DNA from: Lama glama
Taxonomy: Eukaryota
Assembly: GCA_028534125.1 (NCBI GenBank)
Contig: CM052817.1
Coordinates: 5,396,001-5,460,000, forward strand
Direction: 5' to 3'
Length of the DNA stretch: 64,000 nucleotides
Part shown: piece by piece, positions 26,483 to 39,965 of the stretch
Layout: each line of letters starts with the position of its first letter
Position numbering within the stretch: the first letter of the stretch is position 1
The notes under the pieces: model-generated
Databases searched by the model: none
What the model saw: only the letters and a program-made list of their open reading frames with translations
Told to the model about the DNA's origin: nothing
Translations under genes and position numbers: made by a program

Positions 26483-26701
26483 TAATATTTTACCACGTAA
26501 GAAAATTATACAAAGTTCAGATTTTGGTGTCTATTATAAATAAAGTTGATTGGAACACCGCCACACCCACTCATTTGTATGTCATCGGTGGCTGCTTTTA
26601 TGCCACCATAGCAGGGTGGAGTGGCCCTGACGGGCTCCATGGCCCTCAGGTCGCGTATGTTTGCTATCTGGCCCTTTCCAGAAACAGTGTGAGAAGCCCT
26701 G
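26319..26701 (+). mobile_element. MER58B-like hAT-Charlie DNA transposon
   Basis: Termini caggg...ccctg and internal motifs ctgtttttatacagcctgtgagctgagaat, taaataaagttgattggaacac and ctatctggccctttccagaaa match the recalled consensus. Confidence 0.8.
26422..26481. repeat. (AAT)20 perfect microsatellite inside the MER58 element
   Basis: Twenty uninterrupted AAT units counted directly. Confidence 0.97.
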
Positions 26702-29429
26702 CTGGGGCTGACGATCACTTTCCGGCTCATTAGGAGACTCAAACAGGACAGCATGATTGACATGTAGTGCAGACAGGAAAAAAGCAATGGATTTATAAGA
26801 AGATTATTATACAAAACAGGTGCTGTGCTGTCACTTTGCAGTGGTTTTAACCTTTTGACTCTAATGCTAATATTAAGGCATTTCTCCAGGAACAGTACCA
26901 CTCAGCTCCCACGTTGTTTCAGCGTTCCCAGACTGCCACGGCGTGGGCTGCTCTGAGCCGTTTGCTCTCCTGTTGCTCAGGACAGCGGGCAGCTGGCCTG
27001 TGCCTCCCCTTCTCCCAGCCACCCTGGCGGCACATGCTGGGACCAAGGACCAGGGCCCCCGGGGCCTGGCCCCCCCTGCCACTTCCTGGCGATGTGGCTG
27101 GGGCGTCAGCAGAACTCGAGCTGCTGAGGCTTTCTTAGTCTTAACCAGTCCATCACCCCATTACAGAAACTCAGTCTTGCACTCATTTTCCCAGTTGCAG
27201 TTCATTGCCAACCAGTGTGCTCTGAGTTTTACTCCTACCCCTGTTTTGGTTCCTTTGAAAGAGCAGGGCTTTGGGGTCAGTCACACCTGAGTTCTAGTCT
27301 CAGTTCTGCCAAGTGTTAATCATGTCAGTGTGTACAGCTCACTTCACATCTTTGTGCTTGGTTTTTTTGTTCGTTTGTTTTTAAATAAAATGTAGATAAT
27401 GTTCTTCTGAGGATTAAATGAGATGTGTATGAGAGTTCCTGGCACAGGCAAGTTCCTTGGTGGATGGTAATTGACTTGGAACCCCATTTGACCTGTGACG
27501 CAGTTGCAGCAGTTGGTCACTTGATAAAGAAAGCACCTCTGTTTCCTGCCAGAAGTGGGAGGGAGGGAGAGAAAGAGGAAGGATGCCGGAGTCAGCTCAG
27601 CCCAACAGGGACAGATGTGTTCTCACTTTTATCACAAATGAATCCAGGGTGGCAGGCAGAGGTTAGGTCTGCGGTTGGGTGGCCATGCTGAAGGCTCCTG
27701 TGTTAGACAGATGCACTCAGCCGTTACTGCCACTGAGCGGTCACTGCCCCGGAGCACAGAGAGCAGGGGCAGGCCCCTTATGGCACATGAGAGAGAGAGG
27801 AACAGAGCGGAAGTTCTGCTGTCAGTGTCAGTAAGCAGATCCCAGAGGAGAGGACAGAGAGAAAGGAGCCTGGCTCGACGCGTGTTCACGCCGATGCCTG
27901 TTCCTCCTGCCAGGCTGCTGACCAGAGAAGTCCCTGCTCCCCAGGGGAGGGGCAGGCGCAGGAGGCTGAAGGAGGTTAGGTGTCACATGGGAAACTTGAA
28001 ACTAGGGAATAAACATTCCCCTCCGGGCCTACACTCTCTCCAGGTGGGGAAAGGTCACCCTTATCTTCTCCCATCAAGTTCTCCCTCCCCAAGGGGAGAC
28101 TGTTTAAAGCCTTTCTTTTTTTTACTGCTCTGCCTCCCAATGAACGTGCTGGCCTTGGCCTGTTCTTGGGAACGTCTGGAGGGAACATGATCGCGGAATT
28201 GAGAGAAATGATGCCTTTGGACCCATAAGCGTGTGTGAGTTTGACATAATTAGGAAGCTGTAATTTTTTCCATAACGTCGAGCTCAGACTTTATTGACCC
28301 ATTTAATGTTTTTTAATAATGGCATTTTACTAGAGCAGAACAGCGTGCAACCTAGGTAGCCTCTGGCTGGATCTCTTGAATGATTTTAATTAAAAATAAT
28401 TTCTCCACTTCTGGTGGATGTACCTTTTCCTCAGTATACTGGCAACAAAACAATACCACTTGGGGGCAAAACTTTCTTCCTTTCCATTGATGTTTCTAAT
28501 AGAATAATCATACTGTCAATGTCCAATTTAAAGGTTAATATATAATGGATCCTAAAGGAACCTCACCTTTTAATTGAGTAATCAGTTTTATGAAATTAAC
28601 CTTTAGACCTTTCAATTTTACTGAGCTGAGTTTCCATTAAGTAGGAGTAGGAGTAGAGTAGGAGGACGTTAATCTAATGTTCTTGGAATTAGTCTTTCAT
28701 GGGCCTGCACCCTCCATGGGGCGCATATTCACTTGAAAGCGCGTACCTTTCTTACTGATGTGTCCCTGACCCCTTTAGCCTCCATTTCCCGTGAGACGGT
28801 TCTGTTAGGGGCAGCACAAGGCTCTGGCCACTCTGTGCCCTCTCGCACTCCTCCCGCCTCCACTGCCTGGGGTTTGGGAGGAGGGATCAAGCCTGCTTGC
28901 CCAGCCCCTCCTCCTCTCCTTTGGGTCTTCTGCCTCAGGCGGAGTACGTTCTGTTAGGGTTACCACGTTAAGCCAAAGTAGTTAAGAAACCAAGGCGCGG
29001 GGGTGAGTGGGGATAGGGGCTCCTGCTCTCTCTCTCTTCAGGTTTCACGAGGGGAGGACCATCCCTCCCCAGGTACCCGTGGGTGTCCTTCTCTCCTTCT
29101 AGTTCTCCCCCAGAAAATGCGGGTGCTGGGGCTGGGCCAGGGGAGGTGCCGCACCAGGGGAGGAAGGAGACTGGCCTCATGGTTGGCACTGAGAAGAGGC
29201 CTCTTCTCCTCAGGAGGCTCTGTCGTCGGGATGGGTGCATTCCCTGCCCATCTGCACCTTACCTTTTCCGGGGAAGCTTCTGGAAGGGGGGCGCCTGCAG
29301 GTCTCGGGGGCGGAGGAGGGGAGGGACCTGTTAAGGAGCACAGTTGGAGCTGCGTGTCAAGCCTGTTCAGGTCATCCTCATGCATTAAGTGAGGTCTTCC
29401 ACAGTATTTGATTATTGATGTAGTGGTTT

Positions 29430-30990
29430 ATCAGTCTACTAAGTCCTTGGTGTTGCTTGTAGTGATGGGGATACAGTAGGGACCAAACAAGCGTCCCCAC
29501 CTTCGTGGGACTTATATTTTTAGGGGGAAGATAGACAAGAAACAAAATAAATGAGTGAACTATATAGACTGTTAGAGCAGGATAAATGCTTTTGGGGGAG
29601 GGGAGAAGGGGACATAGACAATGTCAGGGAGGATGCAGTTTTATGAAGATAGCTTAGAGAAGCCTCACTAAGAGGGGGACATTGAGCAAACACCTAAAAG
29701 AAGTAAGTGCTCAGTGTGTATAGATATTCAGGGAAAGAACATTCCAGAAGAAGACAGCCAGCAAGTGTAAAAGTCCTGATGGAGGAGTATGTCTAGAATG
29801 TTCAGGGAACAGCAGGGAGGCTAGTGTGGCTGGAGCAGGAGGGAGCGGGATGGGGGTAGTGGAAGACAAGCTCAGAGAGGGGGCAGGAGCCAGATCTTAC
29901 AGGTCATCTAAAGGGTCTTGGAGCTCTTGTAAGGGCCTCGGCTTTGACCCCTAGGTGGGAAGCACTGGCAGGTCTGTGCAGGGATCTGTACTAACTTTGC
30001 AGCGGGGTCAGTGAGGCTGTTGTGCTGGAATAAACTGAGGAGGGCCAAGGCAGAAGCAGCGCGCAAGCTGGGGCCACAGTTATAGTCCTGGGGTGGGGGG
30101 TTATCAGGGGCCCGGACCAGAGAGGTCAACAGAGAATGTGACAACAAGAGCTCAGAGTCTGGAACTGTTTTGAAGGTAGAGCCAACAAGATTTGTTGTTG
30201 GATTAGATGTGAGCTGGGAGGGAAAGGGGTGTCAGGATGACTCCAGGTCTGGGGCCTGAGTGGCTGGAAGGAAGTTGCCATCAGCACAGGTGGGGAGGCT
30301 GCGGCAGGAGCCCAGGTGAGGGGAGCTGGCAGGAGCTTGGTGTGGGGCATATTTGCAACGCGGATTAAACATCCGAATGGAGACAGTGAGCCAGCAGTTA
30401 GATATATGTGTCTCAAGTTCAAGGAGAGGTCCAGGCTGAAGGTATAAATCTGGAACTTGTCAGTGTTAAACTGGTATATACACTGCCAAAAAAAAAAAAA
30501 AGGGCCACAAGCCTAGACAGACTCACCAAGGGAGCAGTGTAGATGGTGAAGCAGTTCAGGGACTGAGCCATGAACTCTCCGTGGTTATATGGTGGGAGGG
30601 TAAGAGGTGTCAACAAGAAGCATAAAAACAGGCAGCCACGGGGGGCGGGGTGGGGGGGTACCGGAGAGTGTTGTTGGGGATGACAGAGGAGGGAGGGACC
30701 TGAGGGGAGGGCTGAGCCATGTGGGGGTCCTTGGTGACCTTGGGGAGTGACAGTGGAGCGATGAGGGTAAAAGCCTGCTTGGATTGGGTCAAGGGAGAAT
30801 GGTCAGGGAGGCGGAGACCTGGGGTGTAAGCTTCTTGGAGAAGTTTTGCTGAAAAGTGGGGAGAAATTGGACAGTAGCTAGTAGGAGATACAGATTTGAA
30901 GGGTTTTGTTTTTTTGTTTTCTAAGTTGGGAGAAATAACAGCAAGATTGTATGAGGCTAGGAAAGATTCCATAGACGGGAAAAGTTGATT
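29430..30990 (-). mobile_element. LINE-2 fragment (~1.5 kb)
   Basis: Purine-rich L2 antisense motifs: ggggatacagtag, gggaaagaacattccag, gaggctagtgtggctggagc, tttgaaggtagagccaacaagattt, ggtgtcaggatgactccagg. Confidence 0.8.
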
Positions 30991-32394
30991 TTATAAGGAA
31001 CTAATACGTGTAGTGTTCACTGCGTGCCAAACACATCTGAGCACTGTGTTCACGTATTCATTCTTTTGGGGTGGATGGTGCAGGAGAGAGAAAGGAGAAT
31101 TGCTGGGACCAACCCAGTTCCCTGGGTGGAGGGGGCGTGGCTGGGAGGTGGGCACTTTATCCTCTGTCGCTGAAGAGAAAGTATTGGCTGTGGGCCCCTT
31201 GAAAGTGAGGTGGGGAGGTCGGGTGGGGAGAGCTTGGAGGCGTTCTCAGAAAACACAGTTACAACTGATGCTGCAGATGGGGAAGGAGAGCTTGGAGGCG
31301 TGAGGAGGGAGAAGACATGAAATAGCCATCTAGGACTGCGGGAAAGCAGATGCAGCAGGGAGGTGCAGTGTAATTGCCACCCCCTTAGGGGGCCACTTGT
31401 CATTCGTCATTGTGTAAAGCCAGTATTTTGATCTCTGTCTGTTTGATTCCCACTTGATCCTAAACTCAGCTGGACGGTGAGCTGGTAACTGTACTACTGT
31501 ATGTCACAGTGACTTTTCCCTTCGTAGATTAGGGAGCTTCAGAAAGCAATCTTACTACTTAAACATCTCCTTTAGCTTCTCTAGATTTTATCACAAAATG
31601 GTTAGAAGACCATTTGCCCTGGTTTCTTTTTTTAAAATAAAGTGTCAGTCGTGGAACACTTACTCTCAAGAGCATTACTTCTGCCCTTTTAAATTGCATT
31701 GTGAGGACAAGTGTTAATAGCAGTTCCTTTCCTTCATATTTCCACTTCTTTCTCCTCTTCCTTGTGTCTTTGTTTCTATTATTATCTCTTGCTCACCCAG
31801 GACCCAGATCTCAGGGTCTGATGGTGCTTTGCCTCCAGTATCTATTCTGTTCCTGACGATTTTTACATCTCAGACCCATTGCCTCTTTTCAGTCTCCTGC
31901 CACCACCCGCATTCTGCCATTGCTCCTATCTCAAATTTTAGTTCAACAGAAAATCACTAGCACCTACATGTTATGTTACATGGTGCTAAGGGTACAGTGA
32001 TGAGGAAGGCAGGATTCTCTGCCTGTTTTTGATAACCTGTCGCCTGATCTTCCCCCTCTGTTCCAGCTAACGTGGTGTTGCCACGTTTATTTCCATCACG
32101 TTCTGCCCTTCCATTGGCTACAGAATAAAAGACCTTCGACTAGCACAGAGGCCCACCAAGAACTCATCACTTCTGCCTGACCTGTGCTCAGCCAGACTGA
32201 ACCTCCGGCGCTTTTCCAGGCAGGCTCCCTGTCCCCTGGTTCCATCCTGTCACTTAATGTTTCTTCTGCTCTCGTCTCCCAGTGGCCACATCCCGCCTTT
32301 CAAGATTTAGTTCGTAGATCACCTTCCTTCCGATTAGCTAGTGGGGAATAAGCACCCCCTCTTCTGAGCTCTCCTGCCTTTCATGACACAGGAG

Positions 32395-32600
32395 CTGCCT
32401 TAGGTGGTTCAGAGCATGCAGCCAGGAGCCTTGGTTCAAATCCCCGCTCTGCTGATTATTAGCTGTGTGACCTTGGCAAGTGATTTAATCTCTGTGTGTC
32501 TCAGAGCATAAAATGGAAATTATAACAGTACCCACCTCATAAAATTTTGATAATTAACTGGGTAAATATGTGTGAGGTACTTGAAACAGTGAATTAGTGT
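32395..32600 (+). mobile_element. MIR SINE
   Basis: ggttcaaatccccgctctgc...agctgtgtgaccttggcaagtgatttaatctctgtg. Confidence 0.8.
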
Positions 32601-35600
32601 TGGTGTCCATGCATGGAGAGTGTTCTATACCGTTACCTGTGTCCATGTGTATGTACATAAACCTGTGGATGTTACCTGTTGTCATACAGTCTATTGAGAG
32701 CAGGGTCTGTATTTTGTTCATGTGTTTAGCCCAGACATTAACAGACATGTACTAAGGGCAAGGCATATACTTGCTCGTATTTAATATTTATAGCAAAAAT
32801 GAAATTGTAGTCTTTAACTTTTATCCATACCTTTGCAATAACTTTTGGAACAGAGTCTAAAATAATTTACATTATTCTTCTCTATTCTCAGGAAGTATCT
32901 AATTGCATATTAAATTAATAAACAGAATGTCTGTGCTATTTTATAATTTTGAACTTGCCCTTTCTTAACATACTAATCAACCAAATAATTTTTAAAAGCC
33001 GATTCCTTTCCATTTCTGAATCATTGAATAGACTTACTCCTCTGGTTTTTTTCCTCCTTTCTCCCTGAAGTAAATTGACTAATCCAAGCCTATACCTAAA
33101 TAGTCTCCTTTAATTGAATCTAAAATTTAGATAAATTGAGTTCTGTAATAAAATTATTCCTCTGTACATCATAAAGGGAATAAAATTAAAGTTTGAGAAA
33201 GTTATGTATGCATGTCCTATGAGAATATACGTTTTGGAATTATTTGCCAGATGGTTAACCTTTTCAAAACAGTAGTAATTGTATTATTGTGAGACTTAAT
33301 TTGGGGCTGTGTCATTGGCAAGCATTCATTACTTTTGATGCATGTGTTTCAATGCCCATTACATAGCTGTGCTGTTCTTCAAATGTCACAGAAGAGTCCG
33401 AGTTTGACCCCTTCTTCAGGCTGCTGTCTCCTCATCTGTTGTATCCTAAACGTTGCATGCCATCTTCAACCCCACACCTTACCATCTTTCCTTCCACATC
33501 GGGGCCCTCTCCTGTGCTCTGTGTCCTAGGCTTCCCCGCACGTACCTCCCGACCCAGGCAGCCCCTGTGACCCATGAGCTCTCGCTCAGATCTGCTCTGC
33601 CTCCTCTCCCCACCAACATGACCTTACCTCTTCATTGCTGCCTGGATGCTCAGTGCCCTCCTAACTAGGGTCTGATTTCATCCACCTCCAGGCCAGCTAC
33701 CACAGAGGACCCCATGTAAAATGCAGATTCTCCTGTTTAAAATCCTCCAGTGACGACACCAGCCAGCAGTCCCCAACTTCTGCACTGCAGGGACTCCTTG
33801 CCGACTGATAGTGGTGTATTTGTATTTTGTATGATTGTTGTATTTGGGGGAACCTATTGATACTGGAGAAACAGCTATTGCAGATTCAGTAGCAATTCTA
33901 AATAAATGTGTACTTATAATACCACCTGCATTCCTTTGAAAAATAGTGTAGACATAAGCTAGACACATTCAGTGTGGAAACGCTGACTGGATGCATGTGA
34001 TATGCTGCCCCTTGAGATAAATCGAGATTCCAGAGGTCCACAGCTAGGATGCTTGTCTGCAGGGACCACCTGGTTTACGTCTGTTTTCCCTTTCGCTCTC
34101 AGATGTGGCCTGTCATCAGTCAGACATTATATGGTCATTCCATCCATGCCCTGCAGGTTGAGGATTTGGAGCAAGTCTTCTCCCGCTGTCTCCCGTGTGG
34201 AGAGTGTTCCTCTCTGCCTGACCAGCAGCTCCCCTGCGAGAACTGACCACTCCCTGCTTGGGTCCCACTGTCTGCTTCCAGACCAGCACCACCCACCGCA
34301 GTTCCTTGTGCTCCTCGTGTCTGTGTCGGTCTCCTCTGTGGTGCAGTTCCCACTTAACTTTAAACCCCCAGCCCCTGCCACAGTGCCTGGCATACGGGAG
34401 TTAGTATACTAGTGACTGAATGAATGAATCGTGGGGATTAATAAGTAAATGAGATACACGTAAGGCACTGAGAACAGTGTCGGGTGCACTCTACATGCTC
34501 AGCCAGTTGTTAGCACACCTACTGTGCGTCGGACAGCAGTTTAGATATTGGGGAAACAGAAATGTATGAGACAAAGCCTCTGCTTTCATGAAGCTTGTGT
34601 TCTCCTGGGAGGAGATGGATGTTATTATTTTAGAGGGAAAGTGTAGCCAGGTGAGGAAGAGATAGTTGGGGTGGAACAGTGTGATTTGAGAGCCCCAGCC
34701 CTCCCATCACAAAGCAGAGTGTTGGGGGTGGCTTTGAGCTGAGAGAGGACAACGTGATCCCTGGCGCAGGCACGAAGCATCACTGAGGGCCAGAGCTGGC
34801 ACAGCACCGAGAGGGGTCAGGCCGGGAGCAGGGCCCGTGGGCGTCTGGCTGACGCGGGACAGCAGGGGAGGGGGGACAAAGTGAAGTGAAGAGGGCGCGT
34901 GGCAGGAAGTTTGGTCACAGCTGGCGGTTGGGAATATAGGACTTGATATTTTATTCTCAGAATTAGGACGGGCGGCTCCCGGGGCTGGTGGGGCGAAATG
35001 GAATGATTATCTAAGGTCCCTTCGAACTTGGTATTTTGTGATGCTGTGTCTCAGCTGTAGTGTCCAGAGTGTAGTTACTGTTCATAGTAATGCTGCCACG
35101 CCTGCCCACGTGTTACAAAAACAAGCAAAGTGATGTAACTGCAGTGTTTTCAGCATCAGGGTGCAGCGTTACTGAAAGTGAGCACCCTTACTCGTTCGGT
35201 GACTTTAGAGTTTGTTTCGCTTACTATCAGGGGAAATGAAAAGTTTCTAAAACCTCTTTTACTCAGTTTTGAAGACTGTCAACATGGGGAAAATGGCCCC
35301 CGAGACAGCTCTGCACATACGTCTCCAGAGCCTCCAGTGTCCCCACCTCACACTCCATGCAGCCCCCGGGGTGCTTGTGTGGGAATCTGATTGTGTCCCT
35401 GTGCTGTGTGACAGCCTTCGGTAGCTGCCCCGTTGTCCTCAAGGCCCAAGCCCACGTTCTCTACAAGGCCCGTGTGCGCCGTCCCTGACTCTGCTCTCGC
35501 CCCCCCCCCCACTCTCCGCTGGCCTGGCCTGGTCCCGTCTGGTCTGCAGGAAGCTTTTTTTATGTGTTGGTTCCACTATCCGGAGCATTCTCTCACCTCT

Positions 35601-35744
35601 TAGCCTGGCCGAGTGCCTCATCCCTCACATCTCAGCTTAAACGTCACTCTGCTGGGAGCCTCGTTCTTCCCTGGCGCCCCGCCCAGATGCTATACGGGGT
35701 CATTTGCTGCTGCCCTTTGATTGTATCCTCTCTCTGTCTGTTAG

Positions 35745-35860
35745 CCACATCGTGTCTGAATATGGGAGGATGACAGACACAGAGCGAGACCAGATAGACC
35801 AGGATGCTCAGACGTTCATGAGGACCTGCTCGGAAGCCATCCAGCAGCTCAGAGCACAAG
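35745..35860 (+). CDS. STX18: Syntaxin-18 coding exon 3 ([38 protein letters not shown])
   Basis: Acceptor tctctctgtctgttag|C, donor AAG|gtgaag. 116 nt, in frame with exon 2, lies inside ORF 35704..35940. Confidence 0.96.
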
Positions 35861-37615
35861 GTGAAGTGCTTGGAAGGACGCCGGCAGCCTGCTGCCACCA
35901 GTCACGTGCTCATGTCAGACTCGCTGGCCCAGCCAGCTAAAGCTCTCTTCTGTGTCCTTATTTAGAGTTATATTTAAAACTTAAAAATTCTTCTTTTCCT
36001 GATTAATGTTTTGCCTAAGCTGTTAAAAGTAATGAAAAAGCCATGATTCAAGTTTAAACAAATGGGAAGAGAGAGGTGGAAGGGTTGGTTCCAGACAGAA
36101 CCAAAAATTTTCCAAGGGCCAGGGTCAGAGAGCATAGATCGTATGTGGAAGCATGTGCGTGCCTGCGTCTGGGGTGGCATCGAGCGGGGCAGCTGGCGTT
36201 GGCATGCAGATGAGGGTGGAAGGGGGTGCCCTGGACCCTCCACCAAGAGCAGTAAAGCAGACTGCAGCCTCAGACCCTCACGGTCAAGAGGGAGGAGCCA
36301 CGGCTGCACCTGTACCCACCCCAGCTCCACCATCTTCTGGCCTCGGGCGAGTCACTTAACCGCCCGGGTCCCAGTTTCTTCATCTATAAAATGGAGACAA
36401 TGGTATGATACATGTCTTCGGGTTGTTAGGAGAATTAAACCCTCATAGCATCCTTAGAACCACAGCTAGCATTGGGATTATTATCGCCATCGTGCTTCCA
36501 TCAGTGTTTACTTCCCACTGAGGCACTGCGGTGGCTTCCCAGGGTGGGTGTCTTCCTCGAGTCGGTTTTAGTTGGCTTGGGCAGGTGGAGGCTCCATCAA
36601 CACAGCATGGAGTCCCCGGGCCAGCTGCTCCTGTGCTTGACGCAGACTTTTGTTGGGAAGCTTCCATTAGAGCCCTGATGGGCCACCCAGACAGTTGGGT
36701 GCAAACTATAGTCATTCTTGCCGAAGAAGCACTCATACACACAAAGTTTTGTGTAATCTCATGAACTCCTCACATGCGTCTCAGGTTGGGAAGCCCTGTG
36801 GTAAAAGTAAATCCTGCCCCCAGACCCTGCAGGACGTTCACTGAGATAACCTAGAACATACATGAATGTTCATAAAACGAGGAAGTAAGCACCAGACCAC
36901 GTGACCTTGGGCTACTTACTGATTCTGAACCTTAGTTTCTTCCGGTGTGAATCAGGCATACTCATAACTGCCTTTTGGATTGTTTGGATCATTAGCAGTA
37001 ATTTATGTAAAGTCCGAGCAGAGGGCCTGCATGTGACAGGTTCTCAGTCTCTCGTGAGTGGGAGCTGTCCTACCAGATAACTGGCACAGACTCTAGGAAG
37101 ACGTGATAGTTCACAGAAGAAAGGCATCCTCGTGGCTCGGAGAGGCCAGGTTTCCTGGAGAAGGAAGGTCTGACTCAGTCTCTAAAGGGAATGTGAGTGG
37201 CTGAGGCGAGAGGACGGAGCATTCCAAGCTGAAAAATAGTACAGACAGGCAGGCAGAGGGGGCATGTGTGCTTTGAGTCTGATTTGAACGTGTTCCGTGA
37301 AGGTCAGCTTGAGCGTTGGACGCTGTTAGTGCAGACAGGTCAGCACTCAGAAGTGGGCCGCGTCAAACACGCCCCCTCGGGCTGTGATAAACCATAAATT
37401 ACTTGCCTGGACTTTTCCTGCAGGCTTCGTCTTTTACTCTTGCAAAGTCTAATAAATCTTACTCTTTTAGAAATGTTATGTGATTTGACACGACTTGTTT
37501 TACAGCCATGTTTTTAAGAATACTTCTAATGACAGAACTGTTGTAAGAACGCTGATGGATTGTTCTTCAGTCTAGTTCAATGCAAAGACCTGAACAGTGT
37601 CCTTTTCTGTTACAG

Positions 37616-37693
37616 CCCACAAGGAGATACATTCCCAGCAAGTGAAGGAGCACAGGAGCGCTGTTCTGGATTTCATCGAAGATTACTTAAAAA
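37616..37693 (+). CDS. STX18: Syntaxin-18 coding exon 4 (AHKEIHSQQVKEHRSAVLDFIEDYLK)
   Basis: Acceptor ccttttctgttacag|CC, donor AAA|gtattt (weak). 78 nt. The final A joins GA of exon 5 to give the expected Arg. Confidence 0.93.
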
Positions 37694-37855
37694 GTATTTC
37701 ATTTTATCTTCAAGATCAAATGTGGCATTTCGCTGTAGTGAGATGCAAATTTAGCTTTACTAGCTGCAGACTCTGCTGTCTCATTGTATGTAATGATAGC
37801 TTTGCCTGAGGAGCAGTCTTAAATGGTCTCTGTCCTGGTGTTTCCCCCTGAACAG

Positions 37856-37922
37856 GAGTGTGTAAACTCTACTCAGAACAAAGAGCCATCCGAGTGAAAC
37901 GAGTGGTGGACAAGAAAAGGCT
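37856..37922 (+). CDS. STX18: Syntaxin-18 coding exon 5 (RVCKLYSEQRAIRVKRVVDKKRL)
   Basis: Acceptor tttccccctgaacag|GA, donor CT|gtaagt. 67 nt, matches recalled STX18. Confidence 0.95.
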
Positions 37923-38049
37923 GTAAGTGTTGTCTCTGTTCTTTAATTCATAATAGCAGTGTTCATGGCTCCCAGGGTCACAGAGCTCTGTGCATCACGA
38001 TGTGCAGTGCTTGAAATTCCTCGTGAAATGCTGTCACGAGTGCCCAGCG

Positions 38050-38215
38050 GGCACTTCCCACATGCCAGGCACTGTGCCTGACGCTTCACCCACTCACAAC
38101 TACCTCACAAGGCTGGGGCTATCATGCCCCCATTTTACAGATGGGGAGGCTGAGGCTTGGGAAGTTAGGTGACTCCCTGCAGCCAGGAGGCGGTAGAGCT
38201 GGGACTTGAGCCCAA
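38050..38215 (-). mobile_element. MIR SINE
   Basis: ccccattttacagatggggaggctgaggcttgggaagttaggtgact. Confidence 0.8.
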
Positions 38216-38786
38216 GAGGTTGGTCCAAAAATGCATGCTCTTGCCCATCTTGTGCTACTAGCCCTCGAGGCTGGCACAGGGTTAGCCGCTTTTCCTTGGA
38301 CTCTCTGCCCTCACGCCGCCCCTTGCGGTCTCTGAAGGCGTCTTGCTGAGGGAAGAGCTGCAGCGCAGGAAGGCCTCGTGTCATTGGCGGCGCACCTCTC
38401 TTCCAGTGCCAGGCGCTCCAGGTATACACCCCACTCCAGCCCTACCCCTGTTCAGTGCCCGCACTGTTAATAACCCCCTTTCACAGGGGAGGACACTGAA
38501 GCTGCAGCAGGGAAATGACTTGGCCAAGGCCATGCAGCCAAGAAGCAGCATTTCCTGTGGCCCCTGTCTGTCTCCCATAGGGCTGCATGCCAGCTTCCAG
38601 TGCACAGGGACTGTGTCCTCATGGCCACTCAGCCAGCCTGCGGTGGGATTCCTCAATGAAGAGGGGGTGCTGGGACCAGGCTCCAGCTCTTGACCACTTC
38701 TAAACTAGCTCTGGAGAGATTTTAGAGTGTTCTTTCAGAAGATAACATTGCATTACTATTTTAGGACAAATTTTCTCAATTCTTAC

Positions 38787-39300
38787 TGTGTCGGGGTCCC
38801 CAGCCTCAGGTGAGGTGATTCACTGGGGGACTCACAGGATTCCGCATATAGTCCCACTCATGGCTGTAGTTTATTCCAGTGAGAGGGTGCAAAGCAAACA
38901 ACAAAGGGAAAAGGCACTGGGATGAAGGATGGGGGTGCCCAGGAGCAAGCGTCCAGAGCCTTCTCCAGGGCGTTACACAGGATGTGACTGGCAACTCGTG
39001 TGAGATGTCGTCCACCAGCGAAGCTCATGAGAGACTCACAACCTGGGGATTTTATCCTGCTCACATAGGCACCTTCCAGCTGGCATGCACTGAAATTCCA
39101 GACCCCCGGAGGGAAAGCAGGCATCCAGCAAAAACCACGTTGTTTGCACACAGTTCACGCACAGGGTCCCACTCTTAGCGGTCAGGGTGGCCGGAGCCCT
39201 CCCAAAGTCCAAGCCCCCACCTCCTCCCAGGGGCTCAGCTTGCAGGCAGGCCTCTCAGGGTTTCAGTCTCGGGCCTCTGGGGTTAACTTTTTCTTGCACT
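38787..39300 (-). mobile_element. Solo ERVL-type LTR, MER68-like
   Basis: Starts tgtgtcggggtcccc and ends gttaactttttcttgcac. Colinear with the recalled MER68/MER21-group consensus on the minus strand, and homologous to 49745-50350. Confidence 0.7.
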
Positions 39301-39574
39301 CTTGTGAGACAGAGTTGCAGTTGTAAATGCCAACAAATGGAAGCACATGTGGAGGAGAGTGAGGTGAGACATGTTACCTGTTGGCAGATAGGTACTGTTG
39401 ATCACACAAGATACTGATGGGGTAGGCAGAGAGAAGCAGAGAGGCTCTGCTCTCAGGGAGCTTTGGAGTCAGTCTGGACTACTATAGAAACGAAAAATAA
39501 GCTAACTTAATCAGGATATGTCATAATTAGTGAGACCAGGAGTAGGTTCAGAGAGGGGCTGGCACTATTAAATG

Positions 39575-39965
39575 GCAAAGCATAGGACATAAGGGCTCCA
39601 GCTTACAGCCATACGGCCTGTGTTCAAATCCTGGCCCTGCCACTTGCAAGCTGTGACTCTCGGACAATCACTTAACTTCTCTGTGCCTTAGTGTCCTCAC
39701 TTGTAAAATGGAAAAAATGTATAATACCTACCTTGTTGGGTTGTTATGGGGACGCAATGAGTTGACAGAGATAAAACGCTTACAGTGAGTGGTTAATATA
39801 TGTTAACTTGTACTATTACATGCTGTTAAGCATTTATCATGTTATTTCATTTAATCCTCACAGCCATTCTTAATAAATATTAGTATCCCAATTTATAGAG
39901 GAAATTGAGGCTCAGGGAATTGGGGTTACTTGCCCAGTGTCACACAGCTGAACTAAGATTTGAAC
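39575..39965. mobile_element. Two MIRs tail-to-tail (+ at ~39575-39800, - at ~39830-39965)
   Basis: gttcaaatcctggccctgccacttgcaagctgtgac...tgtaaaatgg, followed by atttaatcctcac...gaggaaattgaggctcag. Confidence 0.75.

Noticed and set aside
27675..28190. 171-aa ORF
   Set aside because: Non-ATG start, low-complexity Arg/Ser composition and no recognisable homology.
31227..31301. Short direct repeat ggagagcttggaggcgt twice
   Set aside because: Only two copies, with no array or element between them; consistent with a small local duplication.
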